A stretch of DNA of 64,000 nucleotides from Schizochytrium sp. TIO01 (lineage: Eukaryota; Protista; Bigyra: Labyrinthulomycetes). The notes under the pieces were generated by a model. The model saw only the letters and a list, made by a program, of their open reading frames with translations, did no database searches and was not told where the DNA came from. Below are positions 1-12,738 of the stretch, piece after piece (within the stretch, counting starts at the first letter, position 1; every line of letters starts with the position of its first letter). The DNA is taken from the NCBI GenBank assembly GCA_004764695.1, contig SMSO01000033.1:2604001-2668000 (forward strand), in the 5' to 3' direction. The position numbers were made by a program, and so were the translations under genes.

Positions 1-1352
1 TCCAAGATCTTCTTGTACATCTTTTCGTTGTGCCACGGTGCTACAAATTCATTCAATACTTTTTATTTTTATTTATTTTAAAAAGAAAAGAAAAAACTTA
101 AATTAGGGCTGTTTCAAAAACACATGGTGAGGAAAACTCCGTTCTTGAAACGAGACAGTGAAGAGACCAAAGGCTCCGAGGGCATATAACCAATTGTTGT
201 CTTGGCTTGGTATGGCTTTCCCTTTGATCGTTTTTGTATTTTCGATAATTTGAGCTTTGACCTCTCTTGCAAAAACAAATGCTTCATTGCTCTATAAGCC
301 TTAATCATGTGTAGAAGAGGTACTTCGACAGTCTCGCGCTTTTTCATGGCTTAAGTTGACCCTTTTAGTTTAATAGTTCAATGTTAAAAAAGAAGATGGG
401 AGATATCGGAAACCATGCGCAGAACTGCAAAGCTGTAGCTAGTACCCTTCTAAATTCAACATGCAGAGGGTGTTTATGTCTTTTTTATATATTCAATGCT
501 AAAAAGAATGAAGCTCTCTTTAGTTACTGTCAATGCGGGAAATAATAGGGTACTGTGAGAGGGAGAGATGATAGAAAAGGCCGTGTTACTTCTTCCCAAA
601 AGCTAACTGGCTTCCAAAAGCGCCTCATCAAGGCCGTATCCTCGCACTTCCCTGCTTCCAAAAGACCTCAAGCCTGAATGTTTAGTCTCTGAGGCCCCCC
701 AGCTGTGCCCACAGGCGTTCGCTTTCTCTCTTCTTTTCTTTTTTTTTCATTCTTCTTAGATAAAAGTTTTTACTTACTTCATCATTGAGCAGCTAGCTCT
801 ACCGACTATTATCAAAATGTATCTAGTTTAAATAAGTGTTTCTTTTCTTCATTAAAAGTAGTAGAATGAAAATACTCCTGTGAGACAGACATTTTATTAA
901 AAAAAGGTTTTTGTCTCTGGTTGCAGAAAAAAGTGTTTAGCTAGCTAGCTAGCTAGCTCTGTACGTCCTAGACCCGTGGCTAAGTTTTTTAGTGAATTAA
1001 AAAATGAAAAGGGAAAAAACCTTTCTCAACGTCTGAGAAGTCAGCAGTCCTAGCAACTAGCTAGCCAGCTAGATAGCGTTCCCTTCAGGCTGAAAAAAGA
1101 AAATAACTTCCTACTCGTGATAGCCGTGGCATACGGCGGTGAAAAGCCTTCCTTCCGAACCAGAACCAGGAACGATGCCGGGACTAAAAGAGAAACAAAG
1201 AGAACACTCGCTCACTCCAGCAGACTATATGCACTTCTGCGTTATGATACCACGTTTCCTGATTTAGATCGAATTCGAGAAGAAGTAGAGTTAACTCTCA
1301 AAAGGCGAAGCGGACTCTGAAGACATTTCACGATTCATTTGCAACGGCATAA

Positions 1353-1398
1353 ATACATACATACATACATACATACATACATACATGCATACAAACAT
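1353..1398. repeat. Short, partly imperfect (ATAC)n microsatellite
   Basis: Direct reading: atacatacatac... with variant units at the 3' end. Confidence 0.85.
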
Positions 1399-3524
1399 AG
1401 GTACTTCCAAACACTCGGATTATCATCTTCGAAGTTCTAAGGCCTGAGCCTTGAGCGAAGCGGAACTGTAGGCAGACTTGGGAAGATCACAACTTGGAGA
1501 ACGAAGGTATAAACACTTGAACTTGTTCAATTGCCCGTACTTAGTGTGTGTTGAGCGATAGAAGCAAACTATGAATAGCTGGTTTCTTTCTCTTCAACAG
1601 TCCTCTGAAATCTGCAACCGTCGCAGTGATCCCTCCCTCTCTCTATCACAGTACTATAACCTACCTACTACACAGTAGATGGGATGAATTCACGTGTGCA
1701 CAGAATGAAGGATCATGAAGATCGATAGCACATGAGCAATAAGTGATACCGCTATGGTGAGGTACCTGCGAAGGTGAAGCGTGGTCCTGATCCAAGCATA
1801 TGTGAGTCAGGATTGAGAGTCTGCGAGAATAGCCCAATTCTTGCTCGAATATCCGCAGGTATCGCCTCTCAACGCTAAATGATAGAGCGCTCCGCTTCGC
1901 AAAAGACTAAATGACTAAAGGGCCCTTCAAAAAGTCTGAAACACATAACTGACTAACTAACTAAATAGTAAAATTATTTTTATTCATCTTCAAAAGTTTT
2001 TAATGAAAGAATTGTAGTACCTGATAGTGAAACCTTTTTACTTTAACTTTACAATTAATAAAATAACACTATCTACATGTTTTAACTCTTTCTTTTTTTT
2101 TTTAAAGTAAGAAATAGGTGGATTGGCAGCATTTCCAAGAAGAGGAAAAAGAAATGAGAAAGGGATGTCCTATTCTTGGGTTCATGAAATGTCCAAACCG
2201 AGGATTCTGATACAGCGCCGTTTTCAGATTTTTCATGCCCCAGCCCTTCAATTTCCTTAGTCGAGTAGTGCTAAATATCAGGCAACTAGTCAATCGTCAT
2301 ATTTTGAGGCAAACAAAAACTCAAAGTCAGGAGCGCGCAGACATTTTATTATGCTTAACCTTTCAGGAGATACCTTTCCAATATTATATTTATTTAACAA
2401 ATAAACAAAAACGTTTTAACCAGGTTGATTATTTTTAATTTCCTTAGAACTTAAAGAAAGAGAGTCTAAGAATAATCTAAGAGCTGAAGCCATTCCTTCC
2501 ACCTAGACGTCGAGATCTGCGTCTGACACGGCCCGCCAATTCTCAGCTAATCCTTATAGTAGTAGCTAGGTAGGTACTTAACCAGCCAACTATGCAACTA
2601 ACTAAGCAACTGACTACATGGGAGATTAATGATAATCATATTAACTCCAATGTCAACTCTGCTGTTCTGACTGAGTTCGTTCTTTCAACCCATCTCAGAG
2701 AGAACACAATCCCGAGGAAGTCCTCACGCGCAGCTCTGAGCCACGAAGGGAATCAGAGAATCGAAGCCTAACTTGCGAACATAATGTCATGAAGTTGATT
2801 TAATTTTGGTATGACGTATTCACTCGCTCACTCGACTCTAAGGAATATATCCACGAATCTAAATACACTACGGAATTGGTACTGCTTTTCTTGCCTTGGC
2901 ACTGTAATTAGCACACTCAATCATTCATTCACTCATTCGATTGCTATTTATAATGATAGTGAACCAGAACTGCTGGAAATTGGAATTGCTGCAACGAAGT
3001 AGCGATTGATTGATATTTTTTTCTATTCATGGGTAATGATTGAACCCGGAGCATCTCATTTCTCCAAAGACTGCATTTTGTGAACAGGATCTTGTGCTTC
3101 AGCTGCTTCTTCTTTAGGACATTTTCCACGAGCATTTGTATGCCGCTGGGCGGATGGATGCAATGCACTGGAGTATATAATAGATACTACCTGGTCCGTA
3201 GCCTGAGAACCGCTGGAGAGCCTAGTTGGGTGCTATTGTTTAACATAGGAGGCCCGATTTCACGGAGACTGCGAATTATGTTGGTACGAACCATGATTGT
3301 TAAAGGTGGTCCTCAAGATATCATACAAATTCTTGCACAGGCATCTACATAAGTACGCAAATAAGCTTCTGAGAGCCTAGCTAGCACAGATTGTGGACGG
3401 GTATCCTGTCAGATCTGGATCCCGCTGTCCAAAGCCGCAGTTGTTGATGACAAGTAAGCTAGAAACACGAAGAAGATTGCGCTGCAAAAACCCCTAGGCG
3501 GCACGAGCGAAGCCACTTTCATAA

Positions 3525-3737
3525 ATACATACATACATACATACATACATACATACATACATACATACATACATACATACATACATACATACATACATAC
3601 ATACATACATACATACATACATACATACATACATACATACATACATACATACATACATACATACATACATACATACATACATACATACATACATACATAC
3701 ATACATACATACATACATACATACATACATACATACA

Positions 3738-3764
<27 letters not shown>
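3525..3764. repeat. (ATAC)60 microsatellite
   Basis: 240 nt perfect tetranucleotide array; explains the spurious MYVC-repeat ORFs. Confidence 0.97.
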
Positions 3765-3769
<5 letters not shown>

Positions 3770-5879
3770 AATAAACAAACAAAAGAGTATAAATATTATA
3801 TTTCGTATGATTACTCTAATGCGAGGACAGTGCCTCCTCCCGAGAAAAACGGCAGATCTCTCTCTCTGCAAAGCGAAAGTAGCAAGCACTAATGGCCAAC
3901 TAAGGTCGCCAGCTGAGGTCTAGTCCAGCTTTGTTCCCATTTATTATTTTTTTAACCTTTTCATTTTCAGTCTGTTAATTCTTTGATCCTGGCTAGTAGA
4001 AAAATATAATCATAACAAGAGTTCATAAATAGAAAGAGCAAAGAATGTTATCATGAATTCGTCAAGTTTGTCCTACCACGGCACTGTTTTCACGATGACC
4101 AGGGTTCGACAACTGGAGATAAAACGCGACGTCCGACGAGAAGATATATGTCTTTGCGAAAAGTGATTCTCGATCTGATGAAAGTCAGCAGAAAACGGGT
4201 TCTGTTCTTGGCCCCCTGTAAAAAAGTAAGGAAAATATAAAGAGTGCTTCACCTACCTACATTTTTTCTTTCTTTCTAAAATTAAAAATAGAGACGGCTA
4301 TTCCAAGACGTTCGATTTTATTTATCTTTTCGGAATTGACACTCGAGTCTTGATTCAGTAATTCATTCAACAGTCTACGCAAAGCAAAACATTGAAAGGA
4401 GTGTTTATACTAGCTTATGCATATACCATGTATGTTCGTGATTTGGCTCTTTGCTTATGTTGCATAGTATTTTACATGTTGGGCGCTTACGATGTAGATT
4501 TCGTTCAGACGTCTAAATGGCCAAGAACAGCTCTACACCAAAAAATTGAAACCTGCCTCGATCCAGAGACCCTCAGACCTACTTTCTAACAAGTGGGGGG
4601 GCGTTTCTAATGCACTTTCATGTCCACAAAGCAAAGCAAAACAGAAAAGTTTGTATTATGAAAATTCTCTCAAGTCAGCGAAGCAACTTAAATTCAAGAA
4701 GCGTAGAGTACGATTCATCATCGCTTAGTAATTTACGTATAAATGTATCATGATAGATTACACTAGGATGAAACGCTTCGCAATGAATTCCAAATATATT
4801 CATAAATCAAAAGGTAGATGCCTAGGTACCCAACGAGTAACATTGAAAGGCGGGAAAAAGAAAACCCGAAGCTTCTTTCTTCGTTCTTGATGAGCTAGTC
4901 TGCAAATCAAATCAGAATAAACAGTAAAATCGAAATGATATATTATTTTCACTCAATTAAAGATTTGATTGAAACTCTATACCTTGAATGAGTAGATACT
5001 CTACCGACAACATATCCAGTAGGAATAGGCACCTACTGCGATGATTTTTGTTTTGTCATTGCGTTGATTGAAATGAGTCAATGAATGAATAAATTAATCA
5101 ATGCATGATGGTGAGATAGTAAGATGATTGAAAGTTCCTTTCTGCAATTTCCTATATTTTCTCGCCGTGAGTCGGCCTGCATTGCTATGGTCCAGCTAAG
5201 CCACTCTAAGGCTCCAACGACTAAGAATTCACGGGTTGTTTGCAAACCTGACATTCTTAAATTCCTAGATACCTTAGGTACCTACCTACTTTCTAACTCT
5301 TCTTTTCATAAAATAAATATGTAAATAAAAGCAGGCTAAATAAAAACCAAGAAAGAATGAAAGAAAGAAACGGGAAAAAAGCCTGTTCCAATGAAGCGTT
5401 TACTGCTTTTTATCGGGGTAAGTAAAGAAAAATACATACGAAGGTCTTTGATGGAAAACAGAGCTATCTATATCTACCTATTTTATGATCTTAGAGAAAG
5501 AGAGGTGCCTCCCTGAGATTCTATTTGGCTAAAAAAGATAAACAAAATTAGATAGAAAAGTATGTACCCAAGCAAGAAGATCATCAGACGCTAAAGGGCT
5601 ACTACGTTTTAAAACTGGGAACGTACGCAACCAGCATAAGTAGGCTACTTCATAGTCTTGACAGTGGCATCATTTTGAAGTAATTCTTAGCAAAGCCAAC
5701 CTGAAAACAAAAGGAAACTAGACGAACAGATAAGTTGTTGCTCGAATCATGCTGCTTTCTAGCTAGCCATATTATCCACTGTCTGCGATTCCTGTTTCCA
5801 AATTCCACCAGTTTCTTCATGAAAGGAAATCAATTACCTTCGAATACTGCAAATCTGCGAACGAATGAATAGACTACCT

Positions 5880-6250
5880 AACCAATTAATAGAGGAGGAT
5901 ACATAATTAATCGCCATCTCGCGAACAACCCTTCTCCCTCAGCATCTAGTCCTACCATCGGCATACTAGTCCCAGTAGAAGTAGCACTTTGCGGGTCCCC
6001 CTTCCTACCACAGCCTATGAGGAGGTAGGCACCCACTATCAGTCCGGCCGATATACTGTGGGGCGTGTAATGCGGAGGCTTCGAAGAAGCGCACAGATGC
6101 CCCAAGTAATATAGGAGGAGCTTACTTACGGCTCTGCAGACTGCTATTTCAAGGGACCTAAGGGGCGCTACTGCGAAGGTAGCTGTTCTAGTTCGCTGCG
6201 AAGTGCAGGCAGTAGCTGGATAAGAACAGGAAGAGAACAGCTAAGTAGTT
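5880..6250 (+). ncRNA. Putative structured RNA module, family unknown
   Basis: Nested helices 5980-5985/6167-6172, 5994-5999/6153-6158, 6013-6018/6025-6030, 6059-6066/6097-6104, plus a perfect 10 bp helix 6180-6189/6234-6243; no credible ORF; found by eye only. Confidence 0.4.
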
Positions 6251-8295
6251 CATATGAAGGTCTGTGTCTATGATTTTATATGGCGCCCTTGAATTCGACT
6301 ATTTTCGAATTCGACGAATTGGTGGACAAATTGTTTTTCAATGCTTTGTTTGTTTGTTTATTTGTTTGTTTGTGCAATTTTCCTCTATTTTTTGGAAATG
6401 GTTTTTTACTACTTACCAGGGACAATGAGTGGCACTATCTGCATCTTGCTTTTGGAGTTCATGCGTTGGAGTTCGTGGAAACTAATTCAAAGCAACGCCA
6501 AAAGCTTAAGCGATGGGCACTGCTATTGCCCTTCTCCACCAGTTTACTGTTACCGTGGTATTCTCGCGCGTCTCCAAGATGCTCGCTCAAATGAGATAAC
6601 TAAGGACCTACTTTCTTACTTACCTTGGCACAGCAATCAATTTTCGATCTAATACATCACGATCACATCGCACAAAGCTAATGAACGAGAGAGTGATTAT
6701 GTTTCGTTTTCACGATTAGATTAGATTATTTTGGTTTAGTTTTAGAAAATTGCGTCACGAAAGGCGTCAAAAGGCGTGCTGACGGCAACCTCGAAGAGAA
6801 ACTTGCACGCTCAAAGCTTTGTTTGTTACTGCGAGCCTTTGATTGATTGAGTCATTGATTGATTCGTTTGTAGCGACTGCCGAAGACGGATCTTGGGTCG
6901 GGATGGGGCCTTTGACGGACAGTACAGCGCAGCCACATCCTTCCGGAGGTATCTTAGCTGCCAGCTAAACCAAACCGTAGCACTGGCCTCTTGGGAACTA
7001 ACTGGCTTCGCCTTTACAAAGTACTAGTAGTTTATTTATTTGATTGTTTATTTTTTTAATAATTAGTTTGTTGTTAGTTCCACTTATTAAAAGCTATTAC
7101 AATGAAGATCGCGGAGATCTCTCTCCCTCTCTCTCGGTCTTAAAAGTACTAGGTTTTAATTTTAATTTTAAGTAGACTGCAAAATGTTGAATTTGAGGAG
7201 AAAGAAGGAAGGAAAGCGGTAGGTGAAAGGGCCGAAGTATGCATTGCATCTATCCTTAGTGGAGACTTTGAAGCTAAGATAGCGGCATCTAAAAACCTGG
7301 ATAATTTAGTTGAGCGCTCTGTAGATACGCTGCTGTATGGATTTTTGGAAAAACAAATTACAGCATCTTTTTTCTTTCATTCGTGTTAAAACTAAAATAA
7401 AAGTAAATTGTAGAAAGGTAGAACTATTTTTTTTAATATATATATTTATTTAATCATCACTCTGCGTTAAAATATTATTTATTTATTTATCTGGTTATTC
7501 TTATTCTTATTTTAAATTTAAAATAAAAGTTAAAAACAATTTAAAAAGTTGAACGTGGTTCTCCTTTCCTCCTCTCTGAGTCAGAGCAAACCAAAAGGAT
7601 TGCTTTTAATTTTTTATTTTTTTGAGGCTTTAAAAAAGTGAATAGAGTCTAAAGGTTTATTCAAACAAAACATTTTAATTTTAAAAAAGAAAAGAAAAGA
7701 AAAGTGAGGTTTGTTCTCTGATGAGGAGGATGGTGGCGCCATGACCTTCATAGAAAACAAGCTCGACATGGGTACAATGGCGCCCAGCTTGAGCATCGCT
7801 ATAGTGAGTGAATGCGTGAGCGAGCGATGGTCTGACATTGATGAGATTTCATTCGATTCTACTGAATTGAAAGTGGTGCACGTTTTGGTTTTGGCGAAAC
7901 GAAACAAAAAAGCGGCAAGAGTTGAGCGCCAATCTTTTACACAGCCGTCAGCAAAGCTGCCGATGTGATCTACGGACCGAGTTGAAGAAGCGGAAGCCAT
8001 TACATTCGCTGATCTCTTGCAGGAATGCGTGAAGGAATGCATGAATGAATGAATGAATGAATGAATGTGTAAACGAAGGAGTCTGTCTGTGTATAAGTGG
8101 AGGGAGGATGTCAGTAGGCAGCCAGACCTCCTGGTGAAGGAGTGGAACAAGTGAAATGTGCTAGGAATGATGGTTGAAATGCGATCTTTTCTGAACGAAG
8201 GCGTACGGTGTTCTAAGCCGCAGTATGCGTGCTCTGCGCAATTCGGCGTGCTCGATCTACCGAGTCCGGGTATCGAAGTTTCCTATGAGTTGCTC

Positions 8296-8460
8296 AGGTG
8301 ATCGAACTGGAAGCACATTGAGAAGGAGCAATGACTACCACTGCCTACCGAGGGAGGCAACATACCGCTGCACGAGAGAGAAAGTATCAGCCACCGTCAG
8401 CTAAGTTGCAGGAAAGTGCTTTCCAATGGGCGGTACGAGCCCTTTAGAGTTCGATGACCT
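8296..8460 (+). ncRNA. Putative structured RNA module, family unknown
   Basis: Closing helix 8296-8308/8448-8460 (12 of 13 Watson-Crick), second helix 8309-8316/8416-8424, several internal hairpins; found by eye only. Confidence 0.38.
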
Positions 8461-11400
8461 TCTTTCCCCACGTTTCTGACCTCGGCGCGGTGAAGCAAAT
8501 CCCAAATTGTACGGAAGACTCTCTATTGTTACTCCGCGTTCCCTGATTTAATTTACTCCATAAGTTGTTTTCTTCTTTTCAGTTTAGTTAAAACAAGGAG
8601 AAAATAGGAAAAGTATCATAGTCATGGCAGCGGAATGGGGCGGGGGATGAATGAATAGACGGATGAATGGATAGATGGATGGATCGATGAACAAAGCAAA
8701 CAGAGGGAAGCTAAAAACAAACAAAACAAAAATACATCGGTAAAGCATAAGAACCTACCGAGACTAGTGAAAGGCCTTAACGTTTAACTTAACTTTACAA
8801 TTTTAATTAATCAACCATAAAAGCAAAATCCATACAACCTTTTGAAATTATGATCAACAGTATAGAATCCTGAAACATTTAATCACGTATTGGGGTTCAA
8901 GCAAATGCAAGGTATTTCTACCCTTGAATTTTTTCTATTCTTTCTGTGGACCTGATCTGTGTGAATATGAATGTATGAATATAAATGTACCCTTCAACTT
9001 CTGCGTGCGATAGCACGTACGATCCGGAGAAAGTAAAATACTAGTCTTTGATTTATCATTCGGTGTACGTTAACTCTTAGCTCTGAAAATGTAAATACGA
9101 TCGCAAGCTCCCAAAACGCTACTACACGTATAATGCCATGCATTGCCAAGAACATAAATTTATTTATGCTTTCTTTAATCACAGAAAGTTGAATGCAAAT
9201 ATCGAAGCCATAGTAACAAATACCAGAGTAACTTATATCATTCTCTATCTGAATCTATCTACTAATAAATGATCTTACAGACTTGATTAATAATGCTCAG
9301 ACACTTTCTCTTTAGTGTGTTACTTGCAGGTAAGCATTCACTAAACCTACTTTTTTTTTAAGCAGGGTCCGATGATGGCACGACCCTTAGTAAACTGTTG
9401 TTTTCCTTTCCTTAAATAGATGTTAACATCAGATGACTAAATCTTGATGTAAGCATCATGATCTACTTTCTTTATTGCCAGAGAGTTGTTTAGTGGAATG
9501 TTCAAGCTGCATTTAGAACAATCTGAATGCCTACAGCATAAAGAAAACTTAAATACATTCAATACTTATTGTGTTTGGAAAATCAAAATACTAGCCATTT
9601 AAGATTCGCCAAACCATCAAATATGCTGTTCGTTTCTGATTAATTCTAACTTATATCTCAGAATAGCCCATCAAATGATAACGCGTATTGTTGATGTTTG
9701 TGCCCATGTTTCTAGTCCTAATGCTTGGGAACAGATGGTAAAATTCCCTTGCTATTCTTTTACGTTTTAAGTTTGCTCAGCGAATCATGGAAAAGTTAAC
9801 ACATGATATGCTTTTCTCGTAAATATCGTACATCGCGAAATTTGACTTAATTGTTAAAAACACGGTAGCCTGGCTATAGAGAAGCAAACGGCACAACCAA
9901 CACGTGTTAGCATGCTATACATTTCTCATGCCTTACTAGAAGCCGGTTTGGTTTATCTCATTATATCGAGTAGATGATCATTAAAATCATCAAAAGGCGT
10001 CAACGAGTTTAGTTTGAAAGTTAAGATTTACAGAGAAGTAGCATAGCTGAATCCGTATATTTGATTCTTTCTATTCACAAATAAAAACATATCAAAACAT
10101 CATTGGAAAAAAATAGAATTCCAGTTAAAATATTTATAACGCCAATCGAGAGTTTGGATCATTTTCTTGACCCCCCCCTCCTGTGCGTTTCTTTAAAATC
10201 GCATGTCAGCATAGAAAACATGACGTGTGCATTACTTACTCTCTTGCAGATAAGGAAGGTTGCACTAAGAAGAAACATCATCTGCGATACAATATTTCTG
10301 CATCAATTCTCCTATTCACCTGGAATGCGATTCCAACGATTTCTGTTGCCAACCTGGTAAAGATCTACGATTACCCATCCCATTCGTGCAAACTCTAGCT
10401 AGGCTCCTCCAACAAAACTTGTTCAAACTCTGACTCAAGAGAAGCTTTCTACTGTTTCATACAAGCAAATGCAAGAAATGGTATGTATCGATATATTTGC
10501 AGCGTACAAGGTCAGATAAATTCACTCCATCCTAGCTATTTCTGTGTTTGATCGACTGCTTAAGCACTCTCTGACTAAGCTAAAGTACGTTGCCTCGGTT
10601 CGGTGGCTCTGTGAATTGCTTTTCCTGCTCGGAGAGTTATGAAAAAGCAGATTATATTTGGGTATTCTCCACGCGCACAACTAAAGCACCTCATTTGGCA
10701 AGAAGCAGAGGGGAACTTCAAGAGCGAACGTGAAGAAGGCTCTTCTTTGCTTCCCTTGAGACTGATTTTGTTGGCTGGCTGACCGATCTTTCCCTAACAA
10801 AAACGTTTGCCAAGTGCCTTCTGTGGCATTCGTCCCTTGATGATTTCAATTTATAGTTTTGGTTTTAAGATCTCACAACATCTCGGCTGCCCTGGTGGGA
10901 CGCGTGCACTGTAACGATAGGCCAACCTTCTGGATACGAGTTATCGCGTGTCCAAAGAGAGGCTTTTTCTCTTTTGTGGTCATGCACTTCGACGCGGGTG
11001 TAAGTTATTGGCTCGGAGCGATTCGAGATGATGGTTGATTTATCGAGAAGGTGCCGAAGAAATGAAGCAAAAGAGGAAACTGAGGAATGGGCGCAGACTC
11101 TCCGCGCTTTTGGCAATTTCTTGTAGTGAGCTCCCTTCACAAAGTAGGCTTTTGGCAGAATGAGCCAAGGAATGAAAAGGATCCCTTGAAAAGGTGCAGA
11201 AGAGGAAGCACCGAGAAAGAGTGAATGAAGAAGAATGAAAAGACAATTTGAGTCACCTTTTGTAACTAAACCAGTGCTACTGCTGCTTAGTGAGTGACTT
11301 TAGAATTCATCTATTAGAAGAAAAAATGCATATTCATTAATACATTTTACTTTAAATGTTGTTATTATTAGAAATACGCTTCTTTTTTTTTTTCTCTCTC

Positions 11401-12528
11401 TCTCTTTTAACATAAAATAAAAGGAAACAGAAAGTGGTACAAGTCAAAGAAAGCGCTCTTGTGGCGAAGAAAACGCAGTCCTCGGCAAGATTGGTAGTAG
11501 AGCTTAATTCCATTTCGCACAACTTTTGCGTTGATAACAGCTTAGCCTGAGAAAAGAATATTGAATGTGGTTGAGGTGCCTTATAGGATTTCTTAGCGCC
11601 GCATATATCACAAACAATTGAGAAAAAATATGCTCGTAGTGTCTTCACGATCACCAGAACACTCACGACGGAAGGCAATGTTTTTCTTATTGTCAGTCTC
11701 GAACGAAGCTGCTGCGCTTTCAATATACCTGAGGTACCTACCTCCACAAAACTTTTTTTCCTTTTCTTTTTTTCTAAATTAAGAACAAGACCTATAACAT
11801 CGGTTTGCATACAAAATTGAATTTAGTAAGCGACATTACTGATTGCACGAGAACACCCATTCTAAAAAAGCATGGCAATATTATACTGCAAGTTTTTTTG
11901 CGAGGGTTTCAGTCAATCAGCTTGGAGAACTTGAGGAATCCACTGGTCAATGTGGAAAAAAGTCTGCAATTAGTAGGACTTTTACTCTCTTTTCTTAAAC
12001 CAGATGAGGAAGCTGCAAGTGGCCCAAAGTAAGTTGCCAAACAAACTGCCAACTGCAAATTATGGCACATTTTACTACAACCTCCTGAAGTATCTAGTAT
12101 CTACTGGTACTGCTACTTTATAGCAAATAACTCTAAATTAGCAAATGGAAATACGATGGTTTTTCATTTCGCATCACTTTTCCATTCTCAAATATATATA
12201 TATATTCTTAATCTTAATATGCTAAATTCACCTAATAAATAAATAAATAAAAATTAAATAAACTCAGAAGAATACAACACATCAAGCGATTTCAAACGTT
12301 TTCTAAGTAACTATCATCAAGTGCTTCTCAGTGGCATCTAGGTAGGTACCTACAATCAGTTTTTAGTTTTTATGAAAAGTTTGAAAGCTAAACGTGAAGA
12401 CTTCTTGAAGCTAAAGTTGAGTTTTGTTTGTAAAAGTTAATCAGAAGGGGGTTGCGTTCTTCAAGATATGGGAGAGGGAGCGAGAAAAGGAAAAGCCAGC
12501 TTACACCAACAAACGCCTAGTAACAGGC

Positions 12529-12692
<164 letters not shown>

Positions 12693-12703
12693 GCCGTGCC
12701 CCG

Positions 12704-12704
<1 letters not shown>

Positions 12705-12734
<30 letters not shown>
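12705..12734. repeat. T30 homopolymer
   Basis: Direct reading. Confidence 0.95.

Positions 12735-12738
<4 letters not shown>

Noticed and set aside
3409-3889. MYVC-repeat ORFs
   Set aside because: Translations of the (ATAC)n microsatellite
4095-4120. GGTTCGAC as a possible tRNA T-loop
   Set aside because: No T-stem or cloverleaf
4162-4200. CTGATGA...GAAA resembling a hammerhead ribozyme core
   Set aside because: No stem II between the motifs and no stems I/III; better read as a CTGAT-GAAA-GTCAG hairpin
6256-6300. GAAGGTCTG resembling RNase P RNA CR-I
   Set aside because: No matching CR-V/P4 partner at a suitable distance
7614-8150. 178 aa minus-strand ORF and overlapping 85 aa ORF
   Set aside because: Non-ATG starts, microsatellite-derived HSF repeats, no recognisable domain
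10029-10048. TACAGAGAAGTAGCATAGC resembling the U6 snRNA ACAGAGA box
   Set aside because: No U6 5' stem-loop or downstream internal stem-loop; spacing differs from U6
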